From: Octopus sinensis
Taxonomy: Eukaryota
DNA length: 64,000 nt
Assembly (NCBI RefSeq): GCF_006345805.1
Contig: NC_043005.1
Span: 4,650,001-4,714,000, forward strand
Direction of reading: 5' to 3'
Part shown: piece by piece, positions 38,261-51,758 of the stretch
How the letters are laid out: each line of letters begins with the position of its first letter
Numbering within the stretch: position 1 is the stretch's first letter
The notes under the pieces: model-generated
The model's input: only the letters and a program-made list of their open reading frames with translations
Told to the model about the DNA's origin: nothing
Database searches by the model: none
Position numbers and translations under genes: made by a program

Positions 38261-39779
38261 TAAAATATATATATATAAAGTTGTAGTCAACTTACGACAA
38301 CGATTGGTTCTGACCAACTGGTTGTAAGTCGATGTGGTCATAAGTGGGTTTATAGGCCAACATAGCTTTGTTTTATATTTTTACATGCTTCAGGTACATT
38401 CTCTGGTAAAAGTCACACACACCATTCTGTATTATACAACAGTGTTATTTGTTCAGAGTTTCAAGCAGTCGTCTTATAAACAAATATGAGGTTGCCTCAA
38501 TGTCTCTGTAACAGGATATTTCATCCAACACGTCGGAGAACCACAGTGGCGATCGTAAACCAAACCTAGGGTAAGCGTTTGTTAGCTGAAGTCATCCGTA
38601 GATAGGTTAATTTCTAAGGCAAGCTGGCAGAAACTTTAGCACACTGGGCGAAATGCTTAGTGGTATTTTGTCTGCTGCTACATTCTGAGTTCAAATTCCA
38701 CTGAGGTCAACTCTGCCTTTCATCCTTTCGGGGTCGATTAAACAAGTACCAGTTACACACTGGGGTCAATGTAGTCGACTTAATCCGTTTATCTGTCCTT
38801 GTTTGTCCCCTCTGTGTAGCTCCTTGCGGGCAGTAAAGAAATAAGATGGGTTAATTTCTAAGAAATGAAACCCATTAGATTTCAACTGGACTATATATCA
38901 TAGCTGCTGGGAGCTGGCGTGCCAATCATCATAAAGTCGATCAGTCGTAAGTCGCTGATGACCTGTATATAAATATATATAAATATATATAGATAGATAG
39001 ATAGATAGATAGATAGATGTGAGTGTACGTTTGTGACACCCTGTCTTGACATTGTGTGACAGTTGTACATAAATGTCACCGTCCTTCATTTCCAATCTTC
39101 TGTGAAAAACATATCTAGCCATGGGGCAATATTGTCTTGCTTGGAAACAGATGAGGGTCAGTAATAATAAAACATTCAACAATGGAAAATTTGGCTCAAC
39201 AAATTCTGACAGGTGCAAGCATGGAAAAGTGGAGGTTAAACTATGATAATGAAGAATATATCTCAGACCACATCAACCAATAGGCTCTGTCTTTCTTTCT
39301 AAAATCAGAAAATATGATTTGAAGAAGATTTGACAGCTATGTCTTGCAGGTTAAACAGCCATGTAGAGGCTCCCTTACTGACTTGTAAAGGGGGTGAGGG
39401 TATAAGGATTTATGACAGTAGATCTCAACCGTGACCCCTTTCAGTCCTATTTTACTCTACTGAACACTCACAACCATTTGATGTTTAAAAAAACCCTATT
39501 ATATTTTTGGAATGAAATATTTTTAGGAATTGTGTAAAAAAAATTGCTAAAATATTTTGTCTCGTAGAAATAAAGCAACTTGTTGCACATAAATGTTAAC
39601 AACAAAATCTTACGTGGAACCTGGTTGAGGACCAGATTTATGAGGAAGAAGAATATATTGTCATACCTGAATTAGTAACCATTCAATATAGAAACCAACA
39701 AAGTTGCAAATGGTTAACCCATTTCATACCAACTCACCTGAGACTGCTGCTGGTTCTATGATACAAATTTACTGTTTAA

Positions 39780-40004
39780 CCCTTTTGTTATCATTTTTCT
39801 GTGGAGATGTTCGGTGTTTCTTTCAATTGATTTTAAATATAACAAAGAATTTAGTAAAATAACTTAGTTATCATTCAGCTAGTGTCAGGAACATAAATTG
39901 TGACTAAGGTGGTTTAGTGGAAGACTTTAATTCAGAACTTTTAAAAACAAGACATTTGTACTACAGAGCCAGAGCCAGTTTCAGCTGGGTTGGTATTGAA
40001 AGGG
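39780..40004. mobile_element. piggyBac-type MITE
   Basis: TTAA|CCCTTTTG...AAAGGGG ends; related degenerate copies at ~23490-23698, ~41325-41520, ~57387-57610, 60124-60342, 62463-62898. Confidence 0.6.
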
Positions 40005-41679
40005 GTAAAAAGATCTAAAAATTTCCATCAAAATTTATTAATTTAGGTTCTAAACACCAGGTTAATAATGACAAAATTATTTTGATAAAGTTTTCATAGG
40101 TTTCAAAATTAACTGAAGCAAAAACAGAGTATATCTACAGAGATTTGATCAAAGTGTTGAAATTAATCTAAGCCGCAAACCATATAAAAACCCCCAAAGA
40201 GTGAATGAACAACAAATCAAACAAGAGACCCAAATAATTCTTACACCAGAAACAGGACTGACCGAAACATCTTGACATCAATAAATAGAAAGCAATGGAA
40301 TAATCTGCTGGGATATCTCAAAGAAACTAATTAATCTTTAATCTTTTGTTTCAGTCATTAGACTGTGGGCCATGCTGGGGCAATGCTTTGAAGAATTTTT
40401 AGTGGAATGAATTGACCCCAATACTTCTATCAATCTCTTTTGCCAAACCACTAAGTTATGGGGATGTAAAGACACCAATATCAGGTGTCAAGCTGTGGTG
40501 GGACACACACACGACAGGCTTCTTTCAGTTTCCGTCTACCAAATCCACTCACAAGGCTTTGGTTGGCCCAAGGCTATCGTAGAAGACACATGTCCAAGGT
40601 GCCACGCAGTGGGACTGAACTTGGAACCATGTGGTTGGGAAGCAAGCTCCTTACCACACAGCCACTCCTGCACACCTATACTTGATTTGTTTCTTTGTTT
40701 TTTAATTAACTGCAAATCGAATAAACTTTGATGAAAATAAATTTGTAGATACTTGAGTAACAGAGTTTCTGAAAATATGTTACACCTGTTTCAATTGATT
40801 CTGAAAATAACGAAAGATTTAGTAAAATAATAATTGTTGTAATTAACTTGGTGCAAGGCCATGAAGAGGCAGGATCATTAAGAGAGCAGGCAATTAATGC
40901 TTAGCAACGTTTCCTCCATCTTCTGAATTCAATTTCTGCTGAGGTTGCCTTTGCTTTAAATCCTTTCAGGGGTCAATAAAAAGAAAGTACCAGCTGAGTA
41001 AGTACTGGAGTCAATGTAATTGACTTACCCCCCCCCCAAATTCCAGGCATTGTGTCAAAATTTGAAACTATTAACTTAGTGCTTGGATTATAAGTTAACA
41101 TGGAATTTTGATGGAAGGTTTTAATATAGATTGCTTTAAAACGGGAAATTTGTATCACAAAACCAAGGGACAGTCTCTGGCGAGTTAGTACCAAAAGGGT
41201 TAAATCACACCCACCATCATTGGATGATGATGTCTGGGATTTACAGGGATTAAATAAATAAATAAAAATGACTGGATGGTCATATTTGAGATGCTTTTGA
41301 CCAAAGGTTTGCTTAGCTTTTTTTAACCCTATTTCTATTGAAATACGTTGCCTGTTTCAATTAATTTTGAAAATAATGAAGAATTTAGTAAAATAATTTT
41401 GACATAATTGAAACCAGTATTTGGAATATAAATTACAAATTCTGATGGGAAAGACCACTTTAGACCAAAGTTTGTATCATAGAACCAAGGACAGTCTCAG
41501 GCAGGCTGGTTTCAAAAGGGGTCCAATAACTTTTATATTATTTATGTGAATAAGAGACAACACTGTTATATTCAATGTGAATTAACACCCAAATTTTTTG
41601 GGGTTCAAACTAAAAGATCTGAATATTTCCCCTAATGAAGTATGCATATCACAGGATGTGTGTGAGTGTGTGTGTGTGT

Positions 41680-41725
<46 letters not shown>

Positions 41726-42614
41726 GAAGGTCATGATACACAAAAACTAATGAAATTTTTGCCAGCAGGTGAATATGATTACAAGATCGTTACTTCTTAT
41801 AATTGCATTAGCTCAACACGAGGACCCACCACTCCGTAAAGAAAGAAGAATGTTAATCTCTCAAATACCAAACATTTCAACAAAAATGACTGACAATTTT
41901 CTCATTCTTTCTTTTATGCAAAGGATTAAAGCCAAAGGAATTTGACTGGAAATACCTGAACGTTTATCCCCAACAGTCAGGGGCTTGCATGCACGCAATC
42001 CTCAACACTTGCCTACAGTTAGAAAAACTTTACAGGATTAATAACTCTTATCTAAATTGATCAGAAATTTGTCTCGGGCATTGTTGCTTTCTTTACATTT
42101 CTTATTATTCTTTTTTGTCTTTTTGTTTTTTGACATGCATCGTGATGAAGACATATTCACTAATCGTTTACATCATTCTTAAGAGGCAAAAATAAAAGTA
42201 AAAATACAAAAATGTAGGAACACATGATCATCAGCATTGTTAATTGAAATGAATTGGTTGTCAATGAAAGAAGTGATCTGTACAAGATGCCAAGTTCAAA
42301 TCCCACCCAAATATTAATTTTCCCTGGGACCAATAAATGAAAAAATTTTTAGATATGCAATAAATGTTTTTCTTTTACTCATGTATCTTCAGACAGACAT
42401 TATAAATGTGTTTCAATTCCTGGACCAGGTGATGCAGTGTGTTCTTGAACAAAACACTTTATTTCACATTGATCCAGCAAAAATGGGTAACCCAGTGATG
42501 GACGACAGATATCCTGGCTAAGGTGAGGAGATACATATATGCCACAGAAGCTGGGGAAACCAGCCTTATGAGCCTATGGCCCAGGAAGGACCTTTGATCC
42601 ATTTTTTTGATGTA

Positions 42615-43680
42615 CAGGGTGACCCAATATTCATCAGACCATTTTAAAATATAACTTTTATTTTTTACAATTAATCTTTTTGATCATTTTGTTTCAAATT
42701 ATTGACATGTAATTCTTGGAAAATAATTATGGAGAAGTCTATGAGAGCAATGAGTAAAAATAATCAAGTTTTATCTACAAAATCAACAATCAATTGCGCT
42801 GACCCCAAGCGCTTCCATTTGTCATTTTGGGGCCAGACAACCACCATCTAAACAAGTGATAACTTATTTCAGTGATTTGGACAATAGTGGGATGTAACTG
42901 ATTTGCCTCATGCAGGGAGGTCTCAGGACAGCATTCAGATTGCACAGCCGAGCACTGAAGAAGAGCCTTCAACAACAACAACCCAAAGGTGATTCCAGCA
43001 GCTGGGCGCATCCTTAAGCTCACTACAGAAGATCCAGAGGATGCTGAATTTATTGCTTGTATAAAGTGTAGTTAGTCTGCTGGCTTCAGTTCCTCTTCTA
43101 TCAGGTATGATAAGTATGTGCTGCCCAAATCCAGGAACTGGCAAGGTCATTCCATTCTCAACTTCATTATCAGTGACAGGGCCAACTTTCATCTAAACAG
43201 TTTTGTAAACAAAATATACAATTCTGGAGGACAGGAAACCCCAAGGTAATCCCCCAATATGAGCTGCACCTCATAAAACAGGAGAAAGATACCAGGACAT
43301 GCTGGAGCATTTCATGCATCCTGCAGTTGAGAACACACCAGAGGTAATGGTGACAGCAAGATTTCACTACTGCCTATACAGCTTGCCCAATGATGGAACT
43401 CTTAAGTTAAATTTTTGGACAGAGGATAATTCTGAGAAATTCTAAATTCAATTGGCCTTTTGCTCATCTGATTTTTAACAGCTCTGGACTTTATATTGTG
43501 GGGATATCTGAAAGGCAGAGAACACCATAACGAACCTTGGACGAATTTAAGGCCAACATCCATGGAGAAATTGAAGGAATAAGAAACATCATAGATTGTG
43601 ATGGAATGCTCTTTGGAGAGAGCCCACCTTTGTCAAGAACAAAATGCTGGCCATTTGAAAAAAACGTAATTATGAAACTA
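42615..43680 (+). pseudogene. Tc1/mariner transposase relic
   Basis: TA|CAGGGTGACC left end; remnants SDRANFHLN.FVNK (cf. FSDEAxFHLNG) and WP..S.DL..LDFILWGYLK; right TIR not found. Confidence 0.75.
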
Positions 43681-46600
43681 ATTAAAAATGTTTTTCAATA
43701 GGTGTAATGAGTGTAGTGGGTGCTTTTTATGTGCCGGTGGCACGTAAAAAGCACCCACTACACTCATGGAGTGGTTGGCATTAGGAAGGGCATCCAGCTG
43801 TAGAAACACTGCCAGATCAGACTGGACCTGGTGCAGCCTTCTGGCTTCCCAGACCCCAGTTGAACCATCCAACCCATGCTAGAATGGAAAGCGGGCGCTA
43901 AACGATGATGATGTGAATATTTAAGAGGGTTATCACATTCTGGAATGGTTTAGTGATTTCTGGTCCAATCTGTATATTGTTGAGAGATTTCATGACAACC
44001 AGTTGGTTGACTTTTATTTTGGATGAGGTTTATGATGTTGCAAATATTGCTGTAGCAACAACATCACCCCAGATATGGTAGTAACAATCCATTTTAGCTT
44101 TCCTTTCAGTTTTATAGAGCTGGCAACAATTGTGAGCTGAAATACTGTGGCCCTCTTGTGCTCAGGACACTGTTTTGGCTGTTGGGGTGGATGAGGAGTT
44201 TCCAAGAAATCATCAGAGATCGAGGCCAACAGTGAGGGTCATGAGGTTTGTCTTGAGGCTTTGTGTTGGTCAAGAAAAAGCAAAGTACAAGACCGTTTCC
44301 TTGTTGTGTGTAAAGTAAAATAGAAGAGTTTAGCAAGGTTGGGGGAGATCCCTTTGCAACTAGAAGGGACTGAGTAAGTACCATGCAGTTGTTGGTGTTT
44401 AACCACAGGTCACTCAACTGAACAGATCTATGATCAAAGACATTCCAGTCTTTTCATAAATCAGATACTACATTGTTCAAAATAACCTTAAATCCTTTAG
44501 CATTTAAACTGGCCACATCTGGCCCAGTTTAATGTTTTATGTTCAAATTGGCCTCATTTGGCCTCTCACACCTACCCTATAATGTTGTTCTAAAAAGTAA
44601 GCAACCACACCATTGAAATCTCAAGGCTATAATGTAGGATTAATTCAAAATAAATAAATACTACTTGTGCCAGTGCCACATTAAAAGCAGCCAACACACA
44701 GTGTCAAGTGGTTGGCATTAGGAAGGGCATTCAGCCGGAGGAACCAAGCCGGACCAGACTGGAACCTGGTGCAGCTCTCCGGCATTGGTCAAACCATCCA
44801 ACCTATGCCAGCAAGGAAAACTGATGGTAAAGGATGCTGATGATGATGATGTTGATACATTTGAAAGAATAATCTGAATGCTAAAGGGTTAAGTGAGCAG
44901 AGTGTGATTTGAGGCTGTTTTTTCTAGGAAGTTGACCAACTCCATATAAGGTTCTCTGAGTGGTTGACAACAACAGGGTGGTATGCGATTCACTGCGTTT
45001 ATAGCAACACTGACAACAGTTTCATTTGACTGCAACATCAAGTGGTGATGGTGAAAGATATCCATTGTTCAATGAAGAGGATTCAATTGTTCAATTCACT
45101 GAAATACACCCCCACCCCACCCATCCACCCAAATTAATATGCAAGCAGCTGAGTATTCCACAGCCAAATGTACCCTTAACATAATTCTCAGCTAGAATCA
45201 GTGTGACAAGACTGTACCAGTTGCCTCATAGGTACACTCCAGCCATCAGGCGTCCCTTCCCTTTCCGTTGACCCAATTTCACTCACAGGATTTGAAACTG
45301 AACCGTGGCAATAATGAAAGACGCTTGCCACAGATGCCACACGGCAGGATCGAACCCAGGACCTTGCGGCTACAAAGCAAACTCCATAACCATTGAGCAA
45401 TATTGCATCTACAACACTGAGTACTTCCCAAGCACATGGTTTTGGGTTCAGTCCCACTGCTTGGACAAGTGTCTTCTAGAATGGCCCTGGGCTGACCACA
45501 GTCTTGGGAGTCGATTTGGCAGGCAGAAATTGAAAGAAGCTCATTGTGTGTGTGTGTGGTGTGTGTGTGTGTGTGTGTGCGCGTGTGCGAGAGAGAAAGA
45601 GTATCCAGCAGAATTAAAAATGAAACCAGTCAAGGGGATAGAGGAGACTTGGAGAGAAGACAGGTACCACCAAGCAGTATGTCTATTGAAATAGACATTG
45701 GGGTCCACCTGGATCCACCATTTTAGGCTACGAATCTGGAATGAAACACCACAAAATGTCCTGACACTCTCCCATCCCAACATATCCATTTTTTTATTTT
45801 GTGATGGTTAATAAATATCTTGACAAGAATACACATAATTCTGTTCTGTGTAAAGAATAATAGTTTGAAGATAAGACAAAATATGGGAATATATGGGCCA
45901 CAGGATGGAGTTATTTAATAACAGAGGTTAGGTGTGTATGAAAAACAATGTAGGAGACTAACAGCGTTCTTGGAGAGAGAAGAGAGAGAAAAAAAATCAA
46001 CAAGATTAAATCGTTTCATTGAAAAATATTTCAAATTAAGAAAAGAAAATTATAAGAGCACATCTGAACAACGTTTAGATGAACAGGTTTTAAATTGGAA
46101 CGATCAAGGTTCAGGGATCTAATTCAAGATAGAGACAGAACACCAATAAACACAGGAATAATAATAATAATAATAATATTGGTTTCAAATTTTGGCACAA
46201 GGCCAGTACTTTTACGGGAGTGGGGTAAGTTGATTACATTGACACCAATGCACAACTGGTACCTATTTTATCAACGCTGAAAGGATGAAAAGTAAAGTTG
46301 ACCTTGGCAGAATCTGAAAGCAGAACAAACGGAAGAAATGCTGCCAAGCATTTTATCCAAAATCCAAAACAAGAATAATAATGTTGATTAAGAACAAGAA
46401 ATATTCCATAAAGCTACATTATTATTCACTATATTTGTCATTTAATAATCAAGCCGAGATAAACTAGAATAGAATACTATGGAAGTGGAGAGAAATGAGC
46501 AAATATATAATGCTGTGTGCATTGGCTCAGGTATCAGTTAATGGTTATTATAAAAAAAAAAAATCTTTGCTATTAATGTAAACAGTATATTTATTTGAAG

Positions 46601-47239
46601 ATCAACAGCAGTTTATGTGTCCACATAAACTGCATGCGTTCAAGAACACCTGTATAATTAAACTAACATATTTACTTAAGGAGAAACTATATTCTTATTT
46701 AACTTAACGTTATCCAAAAACCTTAAAAACAATTTACTAAGAAAATCAATAGAAGATTATTGCCAATACCATTGACATTAAAGAAGGCAGGGTGAGAGAA
46801 GAGAGCTAGCAAAGATAAACAAACAGTCGTGGAAACAGAGTCAGCTTTAAAACTGACTCTTCAACAGCTGTTCATTGGGTCACATCTAACTGGTTGGCTT
46901 ACGATTCATGCAAACAGAGAATCTGGTACATTGTGTGTGTGTGTGTTAAAAACTGGCACTCTTTTAGTTACGATGATGAGTGTTCTGTTTGGTCCGATCA
47001 ACAGCACAGCCTGCTCATGAAATTAACAGGCAAGTGGCTGAGCACTCCACAGACATGCGTACACTTAACGGAGTTCTCAGGGGTATTCAGTGTGACATCA
47101 AACATGACAGGGCTGACCCCTTTGAAATACAGCATCTTGCCACTGGGTACGAAACCCACAATCTGAAGGTCGTGGCCAGATACTCAACCACTAAACAAGC
47201 ACCGTTACTATGTGTGTGTGTGCACATGTGTGTATGTAA

Positions 47240-47292
<53 letters not shown>

Positions 47293-47294
47293 AA

Positions 47295-47432
47295 TAAAAA
47301 GGGCAAGCAACAGGTTGCTTAGCCACATACCAAAAAATTAGAAATAGCAGTCAAAGACTGCTTATTTGACCGCGGTCTTTGACTGCTATTTCTAATTTTT
47401 TGGTATGTGGCTAAGCAACCTGTTGCTTGCCC

Positions 47433-47439
<7 letters not shown>
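47295..47439. repeat. Perfect ~64-bp-arm hairpin inside (TA)n
   Basis: 47295-47358 equals rc of 47375-47438; 16-nt loop TGCTTATTTGACCGCG. Confidence 0.9.
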
Positions 47440-47477
<38 letters not shown>

Positions 47478-47610
47478 TAAAACTAGGATAAAATCTTCAT
47501 AAGAAATTATCAAGTAGTTAGCATGAAAAACCTCATAAGAGTAAAAATCTGTAAATTTTTTCACTTGAATATATTTGTTTATATTATATAGAGGGCATTA
47601 TTACACATAA

Positions 47611-47893
47611 ATGCCACACACTAGGAGGGACTCTTAAAGTCAAAACTACCAAAATAAACATATCGTACCGAATGCAAGTCTCGAAGCAAGTCATTTAAAA
47701 ACAGAATATAAATTATAAATCTTGAATACGCTGTACTGACGAGTAAGGGACGCAGCCACTGCGTTGATTATGAAATCACTGGAGATCTACAGCTAAATTC
47801 TGTTTTCAAATGACTTGCTTCAAGACTTGCATTCGGTACGGTATGTTTATTTTGGTAGTTTTGACTTGAAGAGTCCCTCCTAGCATGCGGCAT
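47611..47893. repeat. Foldback with 87-bp arms enclosing a hammerhead
   Basis: 47621-47707 vs rc 47797-47883, 4 mismatches; short extension ATGCCACA/TGCGGCAT. Confidence 0.9.
47730..47793 (+). ncRNA. Complete monomer-competent type I hammerhead ribozyme motif
   Basis: GCUGUA-CUGACGA-GUAA-[GGG ACGCAG CCA CUGCGU UGA]-UUAU-GAAA-UC-ACUGGA-GA-UC-UACAGC; predicted cleavage after C47787. Confidence 0.85.
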
Positions 47894-48180
47894 CTAAATA
47901 ATATATGTATAAATTAAATTAGAGATAAAACCACTATTAGGCAAATCAAACAGTGAAAAACATAAACCAAAACATAAAAATAAAATAATTAATATAAATC
48001 ATCATCATCATCATCGTTTAACGTCCGTTTTCCGCGCTAGCACAGGTTAATATATATATATATATATATATATAAAACCTTTTGAAAAGGTTCCTACCGA
48101 TAATGGTTATATTTCCATACTGAAATCTACCCAGAAATAATTGTTGATTTTGAAATTAATAATTATTTACCCTTATATTA

Positions 48181-49035
48181 TTCCAGCAATATTATCTATT
48201 GCGTCTCTTGCTCTCTCTGCCATTCCTTGTACATCGGACAAACGGGACACCGCTTGGCTGACCGGTTCGCGGAACACCTTCGTGACATCCGCCTTGCGAA
48301 CAACACACCGGTCTCACGCCATTTCCGCTCCACCGGTCACTCCTTGCAACACCTGTCTGTGTTCGGTTTGTCCTTACACAGAGGCCATCTGGATTCCCGT
48401 TTGCGCCGTGAACAGGAATTAATCTTCTCTCTTCGCTCTTATACATCATTTGGTCTCAACTCCCCACCTCCTCATCTAACCTCCCCCCGACCCCTACTTC
48501 TCTTCAGTCTTTCATCCTTTCACCCCTACTCCTCTTCCCTTTTTCTCCCTCCCTCCTTCTTCCCTCTTTCTCTCTGCTCCTTCACTCCCCTTCTCTCCCT
48601 CATCTCCTCTCTACACTACACCATACGACTTTACACATCACATCATATATACATACACACGTCCAGACCTCTCATACGCACTACATACTCTCTCATACAC
48701 ACACACACACTCTTATGTTGGAGCGAGGTCATTTAACCCAATTATCTCCCCTAATTTCGCTCTTGCGTCTCACGTTTGATCTTTGATTTCTGGCCAAAAT
48801 CAGATCGCCATGTTGATTCGCTAGCCTCTGCACGCATTTTTTTCTCTCCTTGTTTCTTTCTGTTTCTTTTCTGTGTATCTTTCTGTTGAAGAGCGTAGGC
48901 TCGAAACGCTAAAGACTTGTTTTATTTATATTTCCAGAGCGCCATACTAATACAATTGTTTGTTTGTATTCCACCTGCCTTTGTCTTTTGTTTATTTCCG
49001 TAAACCTGCCTTCGTCTTTTGTCTATTTTCATAAA
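48181..49035 (+). mobile_element. 5'-truncated PLE: open GIY-YIG endonuclease C-part plus 3' pLTR
   Basis: SNIIYCVSCSLCHSLYIGQTGHRLADRFAEHLRDIRLANNTPVSRHFRSTGH...REQELIFSLRS..FGLN; U6-variant hammerhead motif at 48878-48915. Confidence 0.9.
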
Positions 49036-49065
49036 GCTTCCTGTTATATATATATACATATATAT

Positions 49066-49231
49066 AGGCGCAGGAGTGGCTGTGTGGTAAGTAGCTTGCT
49101 AACCAACCACATGGTTCCAGGTTCAGTCCCACTGCGTGGCATCTTGGGCAAGTGTCTTCTGCTATAGCCCCGGGCCGATCAATGCCTTGTGAGTGGATTT
49201 GGTAGACGGAAACTGAAAGAAGCCTGTCGTA

Positions 49232-49294
<63 letters not shown>

Positions 49295-49505
49295 TTGTGT
49301 GCCTGTGTTTGTCCCCCCTAGCATTGCTTGACAACCGATGCTGGTGTGTTTACGTCCCCGTCACTTAGCGGTTCGGCAAAAAGAAACCGATAAAATAAGT
49401 ACTAGGCTTACAAAGAATAAGTCCCGGGGTCGATTTGCTCAACTAAAGGCGGTGCTCCAGCATGGCCGCAGTCAAATGACTGAAACAAGTAAAAGAGTAA
49501 AAGAG

Positions 49506-49506
<1 letters not shown>
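49066..49506 (+). mobile_element. SINE family S1, near full-length
   Basis: Matches 2253-2697. Confidence 0.85.
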
Positions 49507-49537
<31 letters not shown>

Positions 49538-50151
49538 CACAAATGCATTTCAGTGTGTAGGAATGTGTTTATGCAAGCCTCTGTCCGTGTGTGTGTGTGT
49601 AAATAAACATTAAAAAAAAAAAAAAAAACGAAGCATGAACAATTTCTTATGAACGAAGCTGACTTTATATACTGCTTTTTAACTGGTTATGAAAGGGTTT
49701 ACAGCAGCAGTCTAAAAAGGTGGGGGGCTTTTTTTTTTTCTTTTAATTACAAGACAATTACAATCCACCAAATAGACTGAACATCAGAGAATGTAAAAAA
49801 AACATTCAACGTTAATTATTAACCACAAAAAAAAAATAAAACATTGCAAAATTTGCACTTGAAGCTTTTGTTTGCTTGCTTTGGTATTTCTTTCTTGGTT
49901 TTATTCAATGTGTTGTTGCTGTTGCTGCTGGTGGTGGTCATCTTGTAGCTGTTAGATTTCATAAACGATCCTGTTGTGCCATGGGTGTTGAGGCTCATAA
50001 CTTTGAGAGGCACAGAAAATGTTTTTTTGAAAAAAAAATAAAAAATAAAACAGGAACTGTATTTCCTTTAATTGAAAATGAATAAGCAATTCTTCTTAAT
50101 CTTGCAGAAGCCTTCTGCCTGCCTGCTCGCAGACCCCCATCTCTTGGTCAC

Positions 50152-50216
50152 CTACTTCTCTTCCAGTTGCAATGGTCGTGGACCATATAGGAGCACATAG
50201 GCACAATGCCAATCAC
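50152..50216 (-). CDS. USP14: USP14 last coding exon (G-DWHCAYVLLYGPRPLQLEEK-stop)
   Basis: CAG acceptor; matches the USP14/Ubp6 C-terminus GDWHIAYVLLYGPR. Confidence 0.95.
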
Positions 50217-50844
50217 CTGCAGCAGAGAAATTAAAAACAACAATTAAAAACAAAAAACATTTGATTGAAATATTAATGAATGGTTTTGGTTAGGCATTGG
50301 CAGCTAATTAACTGATCCACACAAAACAGAAATTACCTGCCAGGGCCGCTGACTGGCTCCCGTGCTCGTAGTACATGAAAAGCACCATTTGACAGTGATC
50401 ATTACCAGCGTCGCCTTACTGGCACGTGAAAAACAACATTTGAGCGAGTTGTTGCCAGTGCCACTGGATGGCTCCTGTGCAGGTGGCACATAAAAACATC
50501 ATTTGAGCGTGGCCGTTGCCACTACTGCCTGACTGGCCCTCGTGCCTGTGGTATGTAAAAGCACCCACTACACTCTCGGAGTGGTTGGTGTTAGGAAGGG
50601 CATCCAGCTGTAGAAATTCTGTCAGATCAGATTGGAGCCCAGTGCAGCCATCTGGCTCGCCAGTCCTCAGTCAAACCATCCAACCCATGCCAGCATGGAA
50701 AGTGGATGTTAAACAATGATGATGATCCAAACATCTTCGGCTACACACATGAAATGATACCAGATCCAATCTCTTGTATCCCTTGGAAGTACATGAGAAC
50801 ACAAGACCCACATAACACAAGAGTTTTAAGACTGCATGATGAAG

Positions 50845-51093
50845 CAGTGGTTCTCAACCATTTTTGGCTTATGGAGCCCTTTTGATTCTTATTTGACTTA
50901 GGTGACCCTTAAAGTCAGTTGACATTTAAAAAAAAACCCTATTTTTAAAATCAAATGTTATGAATTGTATAAAAGAATTGTTAAAATATTTCGTATATTG
51001 TGGAAGTATAACCAAGATATTGCAGTGGTATTTTAAAAGCAAAATCTTATAGGGACCTCCAAGGGCCATAAGGACCCTGGCTGAGAACCAGGG
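50845..51093. mobile_element. Degenerate hAT-type MITE in a USP14 intron
   Basis: CAGTGGTTCTCAACC left TIR; GGCTGAGAACCA right remnant. Confidence 0.5.
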
Positions 51094-51683
51094 TGATAAA
51101 TTATGCCCCAGGTTAGCTCAATAATAGCTTCTAAGTTTAAATAAGCACAGGTGTAGCTGTGTAGTTAAGAAGCTTGCTTCCAAATCATATGGTTTTGGGT
51201 TCAATCTCATTGTGTGGCACCTTAGGCAGGTGGTGTCTACTACAGCTCCAGCCCAACCAAAGCCTTGTGGGTGAATTTGGTAGATGAATTCTGAAAAGAA
51301 GGCCATTGCATGTGTGTGTATTCCATTAACCCACAGTTAGGTGAACTAAGATGATGTCATCTTACCTTTGTTATCCATTTCTCTCATGGTTGAGGGCACC
51401 AACCCCGGTGCCACATTGAGGATTATTCACTTCAGAAATCAATTACTGTTGCTGATTTCTTGTCTTTATTTTAGTCATTGGTGATTAATTCTCTCTCTCC
51501 CTTATCCTTACAACCAGACCCACCCCCCATGTTCAAGAATCCCACCCCATCATTGACCATAGATTTGTCCATCAGGAGAGTGTACTGAGAGTGCCTGATG
51601 GAATATAATGTACTTCACAGCTAAAGGTGTATCCCACTTTATTCGGGGTCGAGAGTGAATATGCAATAATATTTGTTACGTAC

Positions 51684-51758
51684 CACCACCAGATAATTTC
51701 AAAATGTCTTCAGATAAAATTGGAGATACTTTGTCATCATCAAACATAATCCATTCAT
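51684..51758 (-). CDS. USP14: USP14 exon (D-EWIMFDDDKVSPILSEDILKLSGG-G), catalytic Asp region
   Basis: TAG|...|GT, 75 nt, phase 1-1; cf. human EWIKFDDDKVSIVTPEDILRLSGG. Confidence 0.95.

Noticed and set aside
44050-44420. Possible LINE endonuclease-region relic on the - strand
   Set aside because: Only vague similarity across frameshifts; not supportable without a search.
45934-46122. 62-aa charged ORF (MYEKQCRR...)
   Set aside because: No recognisable motif or splice context; might be a TE N-terminal remnant.
49819-50085. Short ORFs on both strands just past the USP14 stop
   Set aside because: Low-complexity sequence in the probable USP14 3' UTR.
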